From NCBI GenBank assembly GCA_963782915.1, contig CAWALK010000020.1:64001-128000 (forward strand): a stretch of DNA of 64,000 nt, read 5' to 3'. This DNA is from an uncultured archaeon. GTDB taxonomy: Archaea > Thermoproteota > Bathyarchaeia > Bathyarchaeales > Bathycorpusculaceae. The notes under the pieces were generated by a model, which was not told the DNA's origin, did no database searches, and worked only from the letters and a program-made list of their open reading frames with translations. This document shows, one piece after another, positions 31,644 through 41,959 of the stretch (positions are counted from its first letter, which is position 1; the number at the start of each line of letters is the position of its first letter). The translations under genes were made by a program, and so were the position numbers.

Positions 31644-32346
31644 CCAAGACCCAATTACATTGCAGAAGCAGAAGGCAGCGCTTGAAGCTGCCAAACATGT
31701 CCAAGACGGTTTCATAGTTGGACTAGGCAGCGGTAGCACAGCCGCATTCGCCATCGAAGCACTGGGCGAACGCATGAAAACCGAAGGCATCCACCTCATG
31801 GGCATCCCAAGCAGCTACCAAGCCTTCCAAGTAGCAGTAGAACAAGGTATCCCAATCACAACACTTGAGGAACACCCAATCATCGACGTCACCATCGACG
31901 GCGCAGACCAATTAACACCCGAACTCTACCTCATCAAAGGCGGCGGCGCAGCATTGGCAAGAGAAAAAATCGTTGCCTTAGCCTCCAAAATCAACATAAT
32001 AATCGCTGACCAAAACAAAAAAGTACCCTACCTCGGCGCTAACGGCCAATTCGTTCCGGTGGAAGTCATCCCATTCGCGCTCTCACCCGTCAAACGCAAA
32101 TTAACAGAGATGGGCGGCAAAGTTACCGTGCGCGAAGCCAAAGGCAAACTCGGCCCAATCATTACCGACAACGGCAACGCAGTCCTCGATGTAGTTTTCG
32201 GGGAAATCAGGAACCCGGCGGAGTTGGCGGTTTCGGTGAAGATGATTCCGGGTGTGGCTGAAACCGGCTTCTTTGTCGGTTTAACCGATATAGCCTATCT
32301 TGGAACAGCAAGTGGCGTTGAAAAAATAGCGGTACAACGTAAATAA
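31633..32346 (+). CDS. rpiA: Ribose-5-phosphate isomerase A
   Basis: Motifs GLGSGST, DGADQ, IKGGGAALAREK and TDNGN. Confidence 0.96.
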   Translation: MKLSQDPITLQKQKAALEAAKHVQDGFIVGLGSGSTAAFAIEALGERMKTEGIHLMGIPSSYQAFQVAVEQGIPITTLEEHPIIDVTIDGADQLTPELYLIKGGGAALAREKIVALASKINIIIADQNKKVPYLGANGQFVPVEVIPFALSPVKRKLTEMGGKVTVREAKGKLGPIITDNGNAVLDVVFGEIRNPAELAVSVKMIPGVAETGFFVGLTDIAYLGTASGVEKIAVQRK

Positions 32347-32441
32347 CGCTTTTTTAGCGGTATTTCATTTTGTGGCTGACTTTTTGCAGTCACACACCCA
32401 TAAATAACTAAAAATCCTAATTTTTCATTCAGGTCTTGAAC

Positions 32442-32597
32442 ATGTCAATACTTTTGTGGATAGCTCTCATCATAATAGTGCTATGGCTCTTCGGTTGGAT
32501 ACTGCTGCCCGGCATCGGCTTCCTGATACATATCTTGCTCATCATCGGCATCATACTGCTTGTTGTCTGGCTCATCACCGGAAGAAGACCAGTATAG
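32442..32597 (+). CDS. Small membrane protein, lmo0937/DUF5670-like (51 aa, not in the ORF track)
   Basis: MSILLWIALIIIVLWLFGWILLPGIGFLIHILLIIGIILLVVWLITGRRPV. Confidence 0.7.
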   Translation: MSILLWIALIIIVLWLFGWILLPGIGFLIHILLIIGIILLVVWLITGRRPV

Positions 32598-33119
32598 CGC
32601 CAAATCAAAACCTAACCTTCTCTCTTTTTATTTTTATATATTTCTTGCTTTTGGTTGCGATTTCTCTCTACCCCCTCCCCTATTTATACTCTCAGCAACT
32701 GTTGAATTGCTAACTTGGGGGTTAAACGTTCATTGACCGAATGTTGGTTTGCCCATGCAGTTGTGCATTCTGAATTGCGGATACTCTGCAGCTGTTTTAT
32801 AGTTAAGTGATGTTTGGGTGAGGCTTCTGTATACAGAAACCATTTGTTGCTCTCTAGACATCTCCTCCCTTGTAAAAGTCAAAAAGCACCATTTGATTTT
32901 AAATAAGGTATATAGCGCTACTACCATCACTCTCTAATTAAAGGAAAACTCAACAAAGAAATTGTTTTTGCGATGAGACTTCACTCTCTTACTCTCCATA
33001 AATAAAAGCGCAAGGAACTCGACTTTTTTAGCCTAAATTGGCTTGCTTACTTGCTTGCTTAACAGAGTTGACAAACTTGTCAAATGCAGTTCGCAAAAAC
33101 ATTAAAGAGATAATTTCAG

Positions 33120-33500
33120 ATGTCTAAACTCTTAACCTCAAACGACAACTCCATATGCTTGAAAATTCCATATGTGGTTTGGACTGAGGAAATCGAAGGA
33201 ACCAATTTGAGTCAATTCACCGCATCCGTAAACATGTTCGTAGAATCAGCCGAAAAAGAAAACATCTTAGCGGCACTTTCAAAAATAGAGGCTATAAAAG
33301 AAGTCTATGAAGTAGCTGGCGAATATGACATAGTCTCTGTCATTTCAACCTCTTGCTTAGAAGAATTCAGAGACTTATTACACAAACAAATCCTAATAAT
33401 CAAAGGGATAAAAAGCACTGTAATAACGGTGATTTTAAAGCTGCACAATCTTCCAAGTAATTCTTATACGGATAGATATATAACCAACAAAAAAGACTAA
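33120..33500 (+). CDS. Lrp/AsnC ligand-binding (RAM) domain-only protein
   Basis: VYEVAGEYDIV...IKGIKST; no HTH. Confidence 0.8.
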   Translation: MSKLLTSNDNSICLKIPYVVWTEEIEGTNLSQFTASVNMFVESAEKENILAALSKIEAIKEVYEVAGEYDIVSVISTSCLEEFRDLLHKQILIIKGIKSTVITVILKLHNLPSNSYTDRYITNKKD

Positions 33501-33520
33501 TATTGGAAAGATGACCCCAT

Positions 33521-33832
33521 TTGTCCCGTTTATACGCGTTTATTGATATTTTCGTTGAAGCATCCGAAATGGACAATGTAGCTGCGGAGCTCACAAAACT
33601 AAAGAACTTAGAAGAATTATACGAGGTCACAGGAGAATTCGACATAGTTACCTTAGTTTCAGCTGAGGACATCGAAGAATTTAGGGACGTTTTAAAAAAC
33701 CAGATCATGAAGATAAAAGGCGTAAAGAGCACCGTTAGCTCGGTTGTTCTAAAAGTCCACAAGGGTCCCAGATTCAACTGTGACACTACAGTCCAACCTT
33801 CCGCTGAAGCCGATATTTTTAAAAAACCATAA
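33521..33832 (+). CDS. Lrp/AsnC ligand-binding (RAM) domain-only protein
   Basis: LYEVTGEFDIV...IKGVKST; no HTH. Confidence 0.85.
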   Translation: MSRLYAFIDIFVEASEMDNVAAELTKLKNLEELYEVTGEFDIVTLVSAEDIEEFRDVLKNQIMKIKGVKSTVSSVVLKVHKGPRFNCDTTVQPSAEADIFKKP

Positions 33833-33872
33833 CTTCTGACTAGTTTAAGGTGAACAATGATATCCTTAGGGA

Positions 33873-35540
33873 TTGTATATTTTGATAGACATTTCACAGG
33901 CGTCAACAGTTATTCTGCTTATTGCTGTAACGATATTCGCAGGTTGGCGTCTAGCTCCTTACCTAACAAGAGTATTTAGCCGTGCACCAACTCGACTTGA
34001 CCGAATCCTCAATCCAATAGAGAATTTCATCTACAAAATCTCGGGCGTTGACCCAAACAGTGGAATGAGTTGGAAGCGTTATTTCTACTCCGCTTTACTA
34101 CTCAACATCTTTCTAATGGTTATTGCATTCATAATTTTCCTTTTTCAAGACAGACTACCGCTTAACCCTCAAGGATTCCCTGGGCTATCTTTAGATTTAG
34201 CATTCAACACCGCCGTATCATTTGGCACAAACACCGACTTACAACACTACAACGGCGAAGCAACCCTCTCAATCTTTAGTCAAATGTCTGCGATTCAGCT
34301 TCTCCAATTCACCTGTGCAGCCACTGGTCTATGTGTTGCCATCGCTATGGTGAGAGGCTTCAAATCTGGCTCAAAAGATATGGGGAACTTTCACGTCGAT
34401 TTTATTCGTTCCCTAACCCGTATCTATCTTCCATTATGCTTGGTGGCGGCAATAGTCTTGGTTGCACTCGGCTGTCCTCAAACACTGGACGCTGCTTCTT
34501 TAGTTAAGACGGTGGAGGGTGGAACACAAACAATTCTTGTGGGCCCCGTTGCCTCACTTGAATCTATAATGCAGTTAGGCACTAATGGTGGAGGATACTT
34601 TGGCGCTAATAACGCTCACCCATTCATGAACCCAAATCCTGCATCTAACCTATTTGAAATGTTTCTTATGCTGTTAATTCCAACGGCGTTGATTTTTGTT
34701 TACGGTCGTTTACTGGGTCAGAAAAAGGAAACAAAACCGCTCCTTATTGCAGCATACGCCTTATTGACGTTAAACCTTATCATTGCCTTTCTCCCGAACA
34801 TTCCGATTGTAGCTCAAGGCATTGAAACAAGAATTGGCGGATTCAACTCCGCTCTATGGACAGTATTTACTACTGCAACAGGTACTGGGTCGGTAAACAC
34901 AGTTCTCCCTGCAATGAACCCTCTCACAGTTCTCTCAGGCTTTATGGGCATGTTCATTCAGGCATCACCAGGCGGTACAGGCGTGGGCTTGATGTACCTG
35001 ATAATGTACATTGTCATAACGGTATTTCTAGTCGGGCTCATGTCTGGCAGAACACCTGAGTATTTAGGGATAAAAATCACTGCCCGCGACATCAAACTTG
35101 TTATGATTGCCTTCCTTATTCACCCGCTCATTATTCTAATTCCAACAATCATAGCTTACGCGAGTGGTGCTGTAAGCGCAGTGGGATTAAGCGGCAACTC
35201 GATTGGTTTTACACAGATACTTTGGGAGTTTACATCTAGCGCTGCCAACAACGGCTCAGACTTTTTAGGCGCCTCAGGAAACACGCCCTTCTTTAACATC
35301 TCTACTGCGATTGTGATACTGATAGGTCGCTTTGCACCGATATTTTTACTGCTAGCACTTGGCGGCTCGATGATTGGAAGAAAACGAAGCACTGAAATTG
35401 GGCTTAAAACTGACAGTATCATCTTCTCTATTGTGCTAGTAGTAGCTATACTAATTGTTGTGGTGTTATCGTTCCTGCCCTTCTTGGCTTTAGGACCAAT
35501 ATTATCGTTCTTTTCAGGACTGGGGAATGGATTTGTCTAA
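33873..35540 (+). CDS. kdpA: K+-transporting ATPase subunit A
   Basis: Motifs FNTAVSFGTNT, LGTNGGG, NAHPF, GRTPEYLG and SSAANNGS. Confidence 0.96.
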   Translation: MYILIDISQASTVILLIAVTIFAGWRLAPYLTRVFSRAPTRLDRILNPIENFIYKISGVDPNSGMSWKRYFYSALLLNIFLMVIAFIIFLFQDRLPLNPQGFPGLSLDLAFNTAVSFGTNTDLQHYNGEATLSIFSQMSAIQLLQFTCAATGLCVAIAMVRGFKSGSKDMGNFHVDFIRSLTRIYLPLCLVAAIVLVALGCPQTLDAASLVKTVEGGTQTILVGPVASLESIMQLGTNGGGYFGANNAHPFMNPNPASNLFEMFLMLLIPTALIFVYGRLLGQKKETKPLLIAAYALLTLNLIIAFLPNIPIVAQGIETRIGGFNSALWTVFTTATGTGSVNTVLPAMNPLTVLSGFMGMFIQASPGGTGVGLMYLIMYIVITVFLVGLMSGRTPEYLGIKITARDIKLVMIAFLIHPLIILIPTIIAYASGAVSAVGLSGNSIGFTQILWEFTSSAANNGSDFLGASGNTPFFNISTAIVILIGRFAPIFLLLALGGSMIGRKRSTEIGLKTDSIIFSIVLVVAILIVVVLSFLPFLALGPILSFFSGLGNGFV

Positions 35541-35662
35541 GTATAACCCAAGAACGACCAGCTTCTGCGGCTAAGATTGAGCAGAAATCAAAGGCCTTAA
35601 CTGGACAGGTACTGCTTGATTCACTATTACGGCTCAACCCAAGGCAGCTAATCGGAAACCCA

Positions 35663-37687
35663 GTGATGTTCCTTGTTGAAGTAACATTCTTTATCGTTTT
35701 AGCTCTAGCCATATATCCGCAGGGTTTCTACCCAGTTGCAAACCTCAGCCAGAGACCCTTCTACATAACCGTAGCAGCAATTCTACTCTTGACCGTATGG
35801 TTTAGCACCCTATCTGATGCATTGGCAGAGAAACAGGCTAAAAACACTGCAAACAGCCTGCGAAAACTAGAAGCCGAGGTTCCTGCAAAGAAAATAGTGA
35901 CTGCGGGCTGGGAAAGAAAGGTTGTTTTAACCTCCTCTAAATCACTGATGAAGGGTGATTTGCTTTTACTTGAACACGATGACTTAGTGCCATCTGATGC
36001 TGAAGTGCTCGAGGGCATCGCAATGGTTGATGAGTCGCTTTTAACTGGTGAGTCTGTGCCTGTTCGTAAAGCGCCTGGCGACATGCTGATAGGAGGCTCT
36101 AAAATCGCTAGTGACACCTTGACTGTGAAGGTTACGGTGAACCCTGAGGAAAGCTTCATCAATCAAATGATAAAGCTGGTTGAGTCTTCTAAACGTCCCA
36201 AGACACCCAATGAGCAAGCAATTACAATGATTCTGCTTGGGTTAACGGCGATATTTAGCATAATAATTGTCTCGCTTCTCGGTCTCTCAGTTGTGTTGGG
36301 GCTCAACGGCGACTTATCGGTTCTAATCGCACTTTACGTTTGCCTGCTACCAACCACAATAGGCGCTTTGTTACCTGCCATTGGGCTTTCAGGCATATCT
36401 CGTCTCTACAAAAGAAAGGTAGTTGCAAAATCTGGCAGAGCCATAGAAACCGCTGGCGACGTTGATGTGGTGCTACTGGATAAAACAGGTACCATTACAG
36501 TGGGCAATAGGCAAGCTATCGAATTCATACCATTTGGTGAATTTACCGTAGAAGATGTAGGTGAAGCGGCTTTCATCTCCTCATGGTACGACGACACACC
36601 AGAGGGTCGCAGCATCATTCGATTAGCCCACGAGAAAGGCTACATCCCAAAGGAACTAAACTCGCTTACACTCTCCGAAGTCTACCCATTTTCAGCTTCT
36701 ACACGTACCAGTGGCATAAAAATCGCCAGTAGCACCGAGTTTATGTTGCCTAAACATGGCGCTGGTATGAGGTTAAGAAGAAAAGCCTTGTCCAGCGAAG
36801 AAGAATCCGTAACCTCCGAGTTAGAAATAACCATTATGAAGGGTGCTCCCAACGCGATTGAGCAATTACTTGAATCGGTGCCTCCAGAATACAACGATGT
36901 AGCTACAAAGATTTCCTCTGAGGGAGATACACCCATTGCTATAGCACGAAACGGCGAAGCCGTGGGGATGATACGGTTAAAAGACGTTCTAAAAGTTGGG
37001 ATTAAAGAAAAGATTCAAGCAATCAAACTAATGGGCATACGGCCTGTTATGATCACTGGCGATCAGCCGCTAACAGCTAAAAGCATAGCTTGTGAAGTAG
37101 ATATTACAGAGTATGTTCCTCAGGCTAAACCTGAAAACAAGTATGAGATAGTGCTAAAAGAGCAAGCCCAAACCCGAATCGTAGCTATGATCGGCGATGG
37201 CACAAACGATGCTCCTGCCCTCGCCAAAGCAGACGTTGGCTTAGCGATGAACTCTGGTACCGAAGCCGCTAAAGAAGCTGCTAACATGGTGGATTTAGAA
37301 TCAAACCCTGCAAAAATAATCGATGTCGTCTTGCTTGGCAAACAACTTCTCATGACACGCGGAGCAGTCACCACATTTAGCATAGCTAACGATGTCGCAA
37401 AATACTTCGCCATAATGCCTGTACTATTTGCCTCTGCTGCCCCCGCTCTTCAAGCCCTAAACATCCTTAATCTGGGTTTACAGACCGCTGTATTATCGGC
37501 TTTGATTTTTAATGCGATTATTATTCCGCTTCTAATCCCATTGGCGATGCGTGGTATAGCATTTAAGCCCGCAAGCACCATGGCGCTGTTCCTTAGAAAC
37601 ACTTTGATCTATGGTGTCGGCGGTTTAATCGTGCCCTTTGTCGGCATCAAATTAATCGATTTACTACTCGTCCAATTACTGGTATAA
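35663..37687 (+). CDS. kdpB: K+-transporting ATPase subunit B (reading frame extends upstream to about 35540)
   Basis: Motifs NPVMF, DESLLTGES, KTPNE, DKTGT and GDGTNDAPAL. Confidence 0.96.
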   Translation: MMFLVEVTFFIVLALAIYPQGFYPVANLSQRPFYITVAAILLLTVWFSTLSDALAEKQAKNTANSLRKLEAEVPAKKIVTAGWERKVVLTSSKSLMKGDLLLLEHDDLVPSDAEVLEGIAMVDESLLTGESVPVRKAPGDMLIGGSKIASDTLTVKVTVNPEESFINQMIKLVESSKRPKTPNEQAITMILLGLTAIFSIIIVSLLGLSVVLGLNGDLSVLIALYVCLLPTTIGALLPAIGLSGISRLYKRKVVAKSGRAIETAGDVDVVLLDKTGTITVGNRQAIEFIPFGEFTVEDVGEAAFISSWYDDTPEGRSIIRLAHEKGYIPKELNSLTLSEVYPFSASTRTSGIKIASSTEFMLPKHGAGMRLRRKALSSEEESVTSELEITIMKGAPNAIEQLLESVPPEYNDVATKISSEGDTPIAIARNGEAVGMIRLKDVLKVGIKEKIQAIKLMGIRPVMITGDQPLTAKSIACEVDITEYVPQAKPENKYEIVLKEQAQTRIVAMIGDGTNDAPALAKADVGLAMNSGTEAAKEAANMVDLESNPAKIIDVVLLGKQLLMTRGAVTTFSIANDVAKYFAIMPVLFASAAPALQALNILNLGLQTAVLSALIFNAIIIPLLIPLAMRGIAFKPASTMALFLRNTLIYGVGGLIVPFVGIKLIDLLLVQLLV

Positions 37688-37698
37688 GGTGAAAATGT

Positions 37699-38150
37699 TT
37701 GAGTATACTAAAAAAACATAAGTGGGCGCTTCAACCAGCCCTAGCTATAGCGTTGCTTTCGCTTATTGTATGTGGCTTGCTCTATCCGCTTGCCGTGACA
37801 GGCATAACTCAAGTTCTGTTCCCCTATCAAGCCAACGGAGAAATAATATACGTCAACGGAAAAGCAGTTGGCTCAGACTTGATTGCTCAAACCTTCACTT
37901 GCCCATCTTTTTCCATCCAAGAAATGACTCAGCCTCAGGAGTAGACCCCCAAATCACCCTTGAGGATGCATATTCACAGGTTCCCAGAATACAAAACGCC
38001 ACAAGCATCCCTGAAGCGACGCTTAAACAGTTAATCGATGCTAACCAAGAGGGAACACTCGGGGGATTTGGCCGTTCCTACATTAATGTGCTGCATGTCA
38101 ACTTGGAACTCATTGAGACTTACCCAACGGCATACGCGGATTTCCAGTAA
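37699..38150 (+). CDS. kdpC: K+-transporting ATPase subunit C (indel near 37900)
   Basis: Motifs YPLAVTG, FPYQANG, GSDLIAQ, SASGVDPQI and INVLHVNL. Confidence 0.9.
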
Positions 38151-38285
38151 ACCCGATCCTGTGCAACACGCTATGACCTCTGACCACACGACCTCTCAGC
38201 AGCTACCTCCCCTCCCCTTATTTTAAGGCAAAAAAGCCGCCGCGGCCACTAAGTCTTTTAAGCTAAAACCCCCGATTAATCCACC

Positions 38286-38771
38286 ATGAAACTCGTCTCC
38301 GCCTGCCTACTTGGCATCAACTGCAACTACGAAGGCAAAAACTGGCTCCAACCCCAACTCCTCGAAGAATTCAAAAAAGGCGAATTATTCCCAGTCTGCC
38401 CCGAAGTCCTAGGCGGCCTATCAGTCCCGCGAGTACCAGCCGAAATCCCCGACGGCGACGGCTTAGACGTCATAGAAGGCAAAGCCTACGTCATAAACAT
38501 GCAGGGCATCGATGTCACCGACGAATTCATGAAAGGAGCCTATCTGGTTCTGAGGATCGCTGAGGCTATTGGCGCAAAAGAAGCCATCTTTATCGAAAAA
38601 AGCCCCTCTTGCGGCAGCAACGTAATTTTTGACGGCACTTTTACCGACAAATTCAAAGCAGGCGACGGAGTAACAACCGCGCTCCTCAAGAAGAACGGCA
38701 TAAAAGTGACCTGCGTAAAAGCTGGCAAAAAAGAGTTAGTTACCAGTTCCGCAGAACAATCATCGTGTTAG
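38286..38771 (+). CDS. DUF523 / 2-thiouracil desulfurase family
   Basis: Motifs VSACLLG, VCPEVLGG and KSPSCG. Confidence 0.9.
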   Translation: MKLVSACLLGINCNYEGKNWLQPQLLEEFKKGELFPVCPEVLGGLSVPRVPAEIPDGDGLDVIEGKAYVINMQGIDVTDEFMKGAYLVLRIAEAIGAKEAIFIEKSPSCGSNVIFDGTFTDKFKAGDGVTTALLKKNGIKVTCVKAGKKELVTSSAEQSSC

Positions 38772-39150
38772 TCTTCATAATCCCTTCAACACGGCGAATT
38801 TTCTCTATGCATTCGTTGACTTCGGTGACGTTCATGCCGCTGATAACAGCGATGATGTCGTATTCGCCTGTGACTTCATAGATAGTTTCAACATTCGGTA
38901 TCTCCATGATCTTTTTTGATACTTCCACGGTTGGGTAAGCCGGGTTGGTGGCTAATAGAGTGATGGCTTGGGCTCCCTCAGCGACGCCTACCTTAACTGT
39001 GAACTTTCTGATGACGCCTTCGTCGGTTAGGGTCTTGATTCTTTTGCGTACTGCGCCTTCGGAGAGGCTGATTTGGCTGCCGATGTCTGCGTAACCTGCT
39101 CGAGAGTCGTCTTTTAGGAGTTTTATGATTTGCTTGTCTTTCTCATCCAT
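38740..39150 (-). CDS. lysM: Lrp-family regulator LysM, divergent from the lysW operon
   Basis: MDEKDKQII..SEGAVRKRI HTH plus RAM domain; adjacent to lysW. Confidence 0.75.
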   Translation of the reverse strand: MDEKDKQIIKLLKDDSRAGYADIGSQISLSEGAVRKRIKTLTDEGVIRKFTVKVGVAEGAQAITLLATNPAYPTVEVSKKIMEIPNVETIYEVTGEYDIIAVISGMNVTEVNECIEKIRRVEGIMKTNTMIVLRNW

Positions 39151-39399
39151 GAGTTTAGCCCAATGGTTTATGGTGTCGAAAAATTTAACGTTTTCCATAC
39201 TAGACATTCGTAGAATACTGCGGATTCCGTCCTTTTAGGCACGTTTACTGTGCGTTTTTTGTGTGATTAGAGCGGTAAATTGCCTGTACTAAATGGGACA
39301 TTAAGAGTCCAAGTTGTAACAAATAAGTCACAATGTTTAAAAGATTCCGGAAATACTCAAAATGACATTTCCTATAAAAAAATAAAGTGACCAGCAAAA

Positions 39400-39615
39400 A
39401 TGATTAAACAAGCAAATCATCCCGAAGAGGTGAACGCTATCACTAAGGCAAAATGCCCCGACTGTGATGCTGTACTTGACGTTCCATGTGACACTGAAAA
39501 GGGAGAAATTCTAAGCTGCCCCGGATGTGGACTTGAACTTGAAGTTAAACAGGTTAAAGGCGGATGCGTAGACCTTCAAGAGCTCACCATTGAAGGCGAA
39601 GACTGGGGCGAATAA
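39400..39615 (+). CDS. lysW: Amino-group carrier protein LysW
   Basis: CPDC..CPGCG zinc ribbon and C-terminal EDWGE. Confidence 0.96.
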   Translation: MIKQANHPEEVNAITKAKCPDCDAVLDVPCDTEKGEILSCPGCGLELEVKQVKGGCVDLQELTIEGEDWGE

Positions 39616-39680
39616 ACAGTATCCACCAAACTATTCTCTTGTGTTAAACCACCCTTTTAAGGCAAAATTTTACTTGGACG

Positions 39681-40874
39681 ATGACAGCGATGAGCATTGC
39701 ACTTTTGTATGAGCGCTCGGAGAACGACGAAAACGGCATTAAACTGACTGCACAGCAACTCGATATAGAGTTAGCTTTTATTCCCTTCCGAAAAATCGCC
39801 TTATCCATCGGCAAAGACGGTTTCACCGCCAAAACCAAAGGCAAAGACTACACCAAAACCTTCGACGAAACCAAAGTCGTCTTGAACCGTGCACAGAGCA
39901 AAAACCGCCGCCTACAAGCATCATACATCATGGAAGTGCTAGGCAAAAAAGCCATAAACTCATCGCAAATCGAATTCATTTGCTACAGCAAACTCCGCAC
40001 CCTGCTGCTTCTATACAAAGCAGGCATCCCAATTCCAAAAACCGTTTTTGTTCCCTGCGACGCAACCGACGTTATGAAGAACGGGAAAGAAATCCACAAC
40101 GAAAAAGACATCGCTGACCTCTTCGAGGCAGAAATCCCCCTATCTGAGGGCATCGTTATCAAAGCGGATGCTGGAACCCACGGCAAAATGATTATGCTCT
40201 CCAAAAACCGTGAGGAACTCGAAGCTAACATCAAAGAAACCAAACCCACCATCATCAACCCAATCGGGGTAGTCGCACAGGAACTAATCCAGAAATGGTT
40301 CTATGACCTACGAATAATCGTTTCCAAAGAATAGGGAAAAGAACCAGTCTGCTATCATACAGCGATGGCACGGGCTGGCTTCAAAGATTTCCGCACCAAC
40401 ACCTTCCTTGGCAACTTGGTCTTCCATTCAAAATTGCCACAGAGCATTCAGGAGTTGGCGGTGAAATGCGGCAAAACCCTCGGCGAAGGTACTGACGCAT
40501 GGATATTCGCTTTAGACGCCATGGTAAATGTCGGCGATAACAAGAACGCTGATGATGCGTTTCTTAAAGGTCAGCTTGATTTAGCTGCCCAAGCTTGGGT
40601 ACCCGTACAGAAAGTAAAAGCAGACGAAACCCGCTTAACAGACTTTCCAACTTGGAATGGCAAATTAGAAGCTGCCTTCAAGACGTATAAAGCGACTTCT
40701 GCTTACGAAAACGTTAACCATATAATCGAAGAGAGTGTAGAAAAAAATAAGAGCGCTCTAGTGTTTCATGAATCAAATTCTTGCCCCGAATTCTGGGAAA
40801 ACACTCGACTCGCAACTGGATTAAACGTGGCAGTGCCACTTCTCAAGAGCGCTCAAAGCTTAGTCGACCATTAA
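39681..40874 (+). CDS. lysX: LysX/ArgX-like ATP-grasp ligase, interrupted by an in-frame TAG at 40332-40334
   Basis: SKL, GIPIPKT, IKADAGTHG, QELI, YDLR, FRTN and ESN motifs; both halves are in the same frame; follows lysW. Confidence 0.75.
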
Positions 40875-40894
40875 CAAAAATAGAGAGAGGAAAC

Positions 40895-41953
40895 ATGACA
40901 ATGCGAATTGGAATAATCGGCGGTTCAGGATATGTTGGCAGTGAACTCCTAAGATTGCTCCTTATGCACCCACAGGTTGAGGTAACAATGGTTACTTCAC
41001 GGCAGAGTGCAGGAGAATTCATTTTCAATGTACACCCCAACCTCAGAGGAATGACTCAGCTAAAGTTTGTTCCCCAAGACATGGCTGAACTCCAGAAAAA
41101 CTGCGACTTAATCTTCACAGCCACTCCACACGGCGGCTCCGTTAACCTAGTCCCCAAACTACTCGAGGCAGGTCTCAAAGTTATTGATATGAGCGCTGAT
41201 TTCCGCCTCAAAAACCCAGCTGACTATGAAACCTACTATGGTTTCAAGCATGCTCATCCAGAAATGCTAAAGGAAGCCGCTTATGGTTTGCCTGAGCTTC
41301 ATCGGGAAGAAATCAAAAAAGCAACGCTTGTTGCTTGCCCCGGCTGCATGGCAACATCCGCCATCTTGGGTTTAGCGCCAATCATCAAAGCAGGCTTAGT
41401 TGATACAGACAAAATCGTTGTTGACCTTAAAGTTGGCAGTTCAGGCGGCGGAAGCAAACCAAACCTTGCTTCACATCATCCTGAACGTTTCAGCGGAGTA
41501 CGCCCCTACCAAGTCACTGGTCATCGGCACACCGCTGAAGTCGAACAAGAACTAACCGCCCTAAGCAGTGCACCAGTAAAAATCGGCTTTACACCCCATG
41601 CAGTTAACATGGTCCGTGGCATCCTCGCAACCATCCATGCCTATCCAAAGCAGCCGATCACATCCAAAGACCTCTGGAAAGCCCTCCGAGGCATGTACGG
41701 CACAGAACCCTTCGTACGCTTAGTCAAATACCAAAAAGGACCCTACCAGCTACCAGACCCCAAAATAGTCATGGGCACAAACTTCTGTGATGTCGGCTTC
41801 GAAATCGACGAACACACAAACCGCCTAATCATGTTCAGCGCCATCGACAACATGACCAAAGGCGCAGCAGGACAAGGCGTTCAATGCCTCAACTTACTAA
41901 TGGGAATTGACGAGACCACAGGCTTAAAGAGCACTGGGTTCCATCCGGTCTGA
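40895..41953 (+). CDS. lysY: LysW-aminoadipyl/glutamyl-phosphate reductase (LysY/ArgC)
   Basis: Motifs GGSGYVG, ATPHG, DMSADFRL, ACPGC and DNMTKGAAG. Confidence 0.93.
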   Translation: MTMRIGIIGGSGYVGSELLRLLLMHPQVEVTMVTSRQSAGEFIFNVHPNLRGMTQLKFVPQDMAELQKNCDLIFTATPHGGSVNLVPKLLEAGLKVIDMSADFRLKNPADYETYYGFKHAHPEMLKEAAYGLPELHREEIKKATLVACPGCMATSAILGLAPIIKAGLVDTDKIVVDLKVGSSGGGSKPNLASHHPERFSGVRPYQVTGHRHTAEVEQELTALSSAPVKIGFTPHAVNMVRGILATIHAYPKQPITSKDLWKALRGMYGTEPFVRLVKYQKGPYQLPDPKIVMGTNFCDVGFEIDEHTNRLIMFSAIDNMTKGAAGQGVQCLNLLMGIDETTGLKSTGFHPV

Positions 41954-41959
41954 TACGCT

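Noticed and set aside
39400-39615. LysW as a RiPP precursor for the ATP-grasp enzyme
   Set aside because: The EDWGE terminus and the lysYZJK context identify the known LysW carrier pathway.
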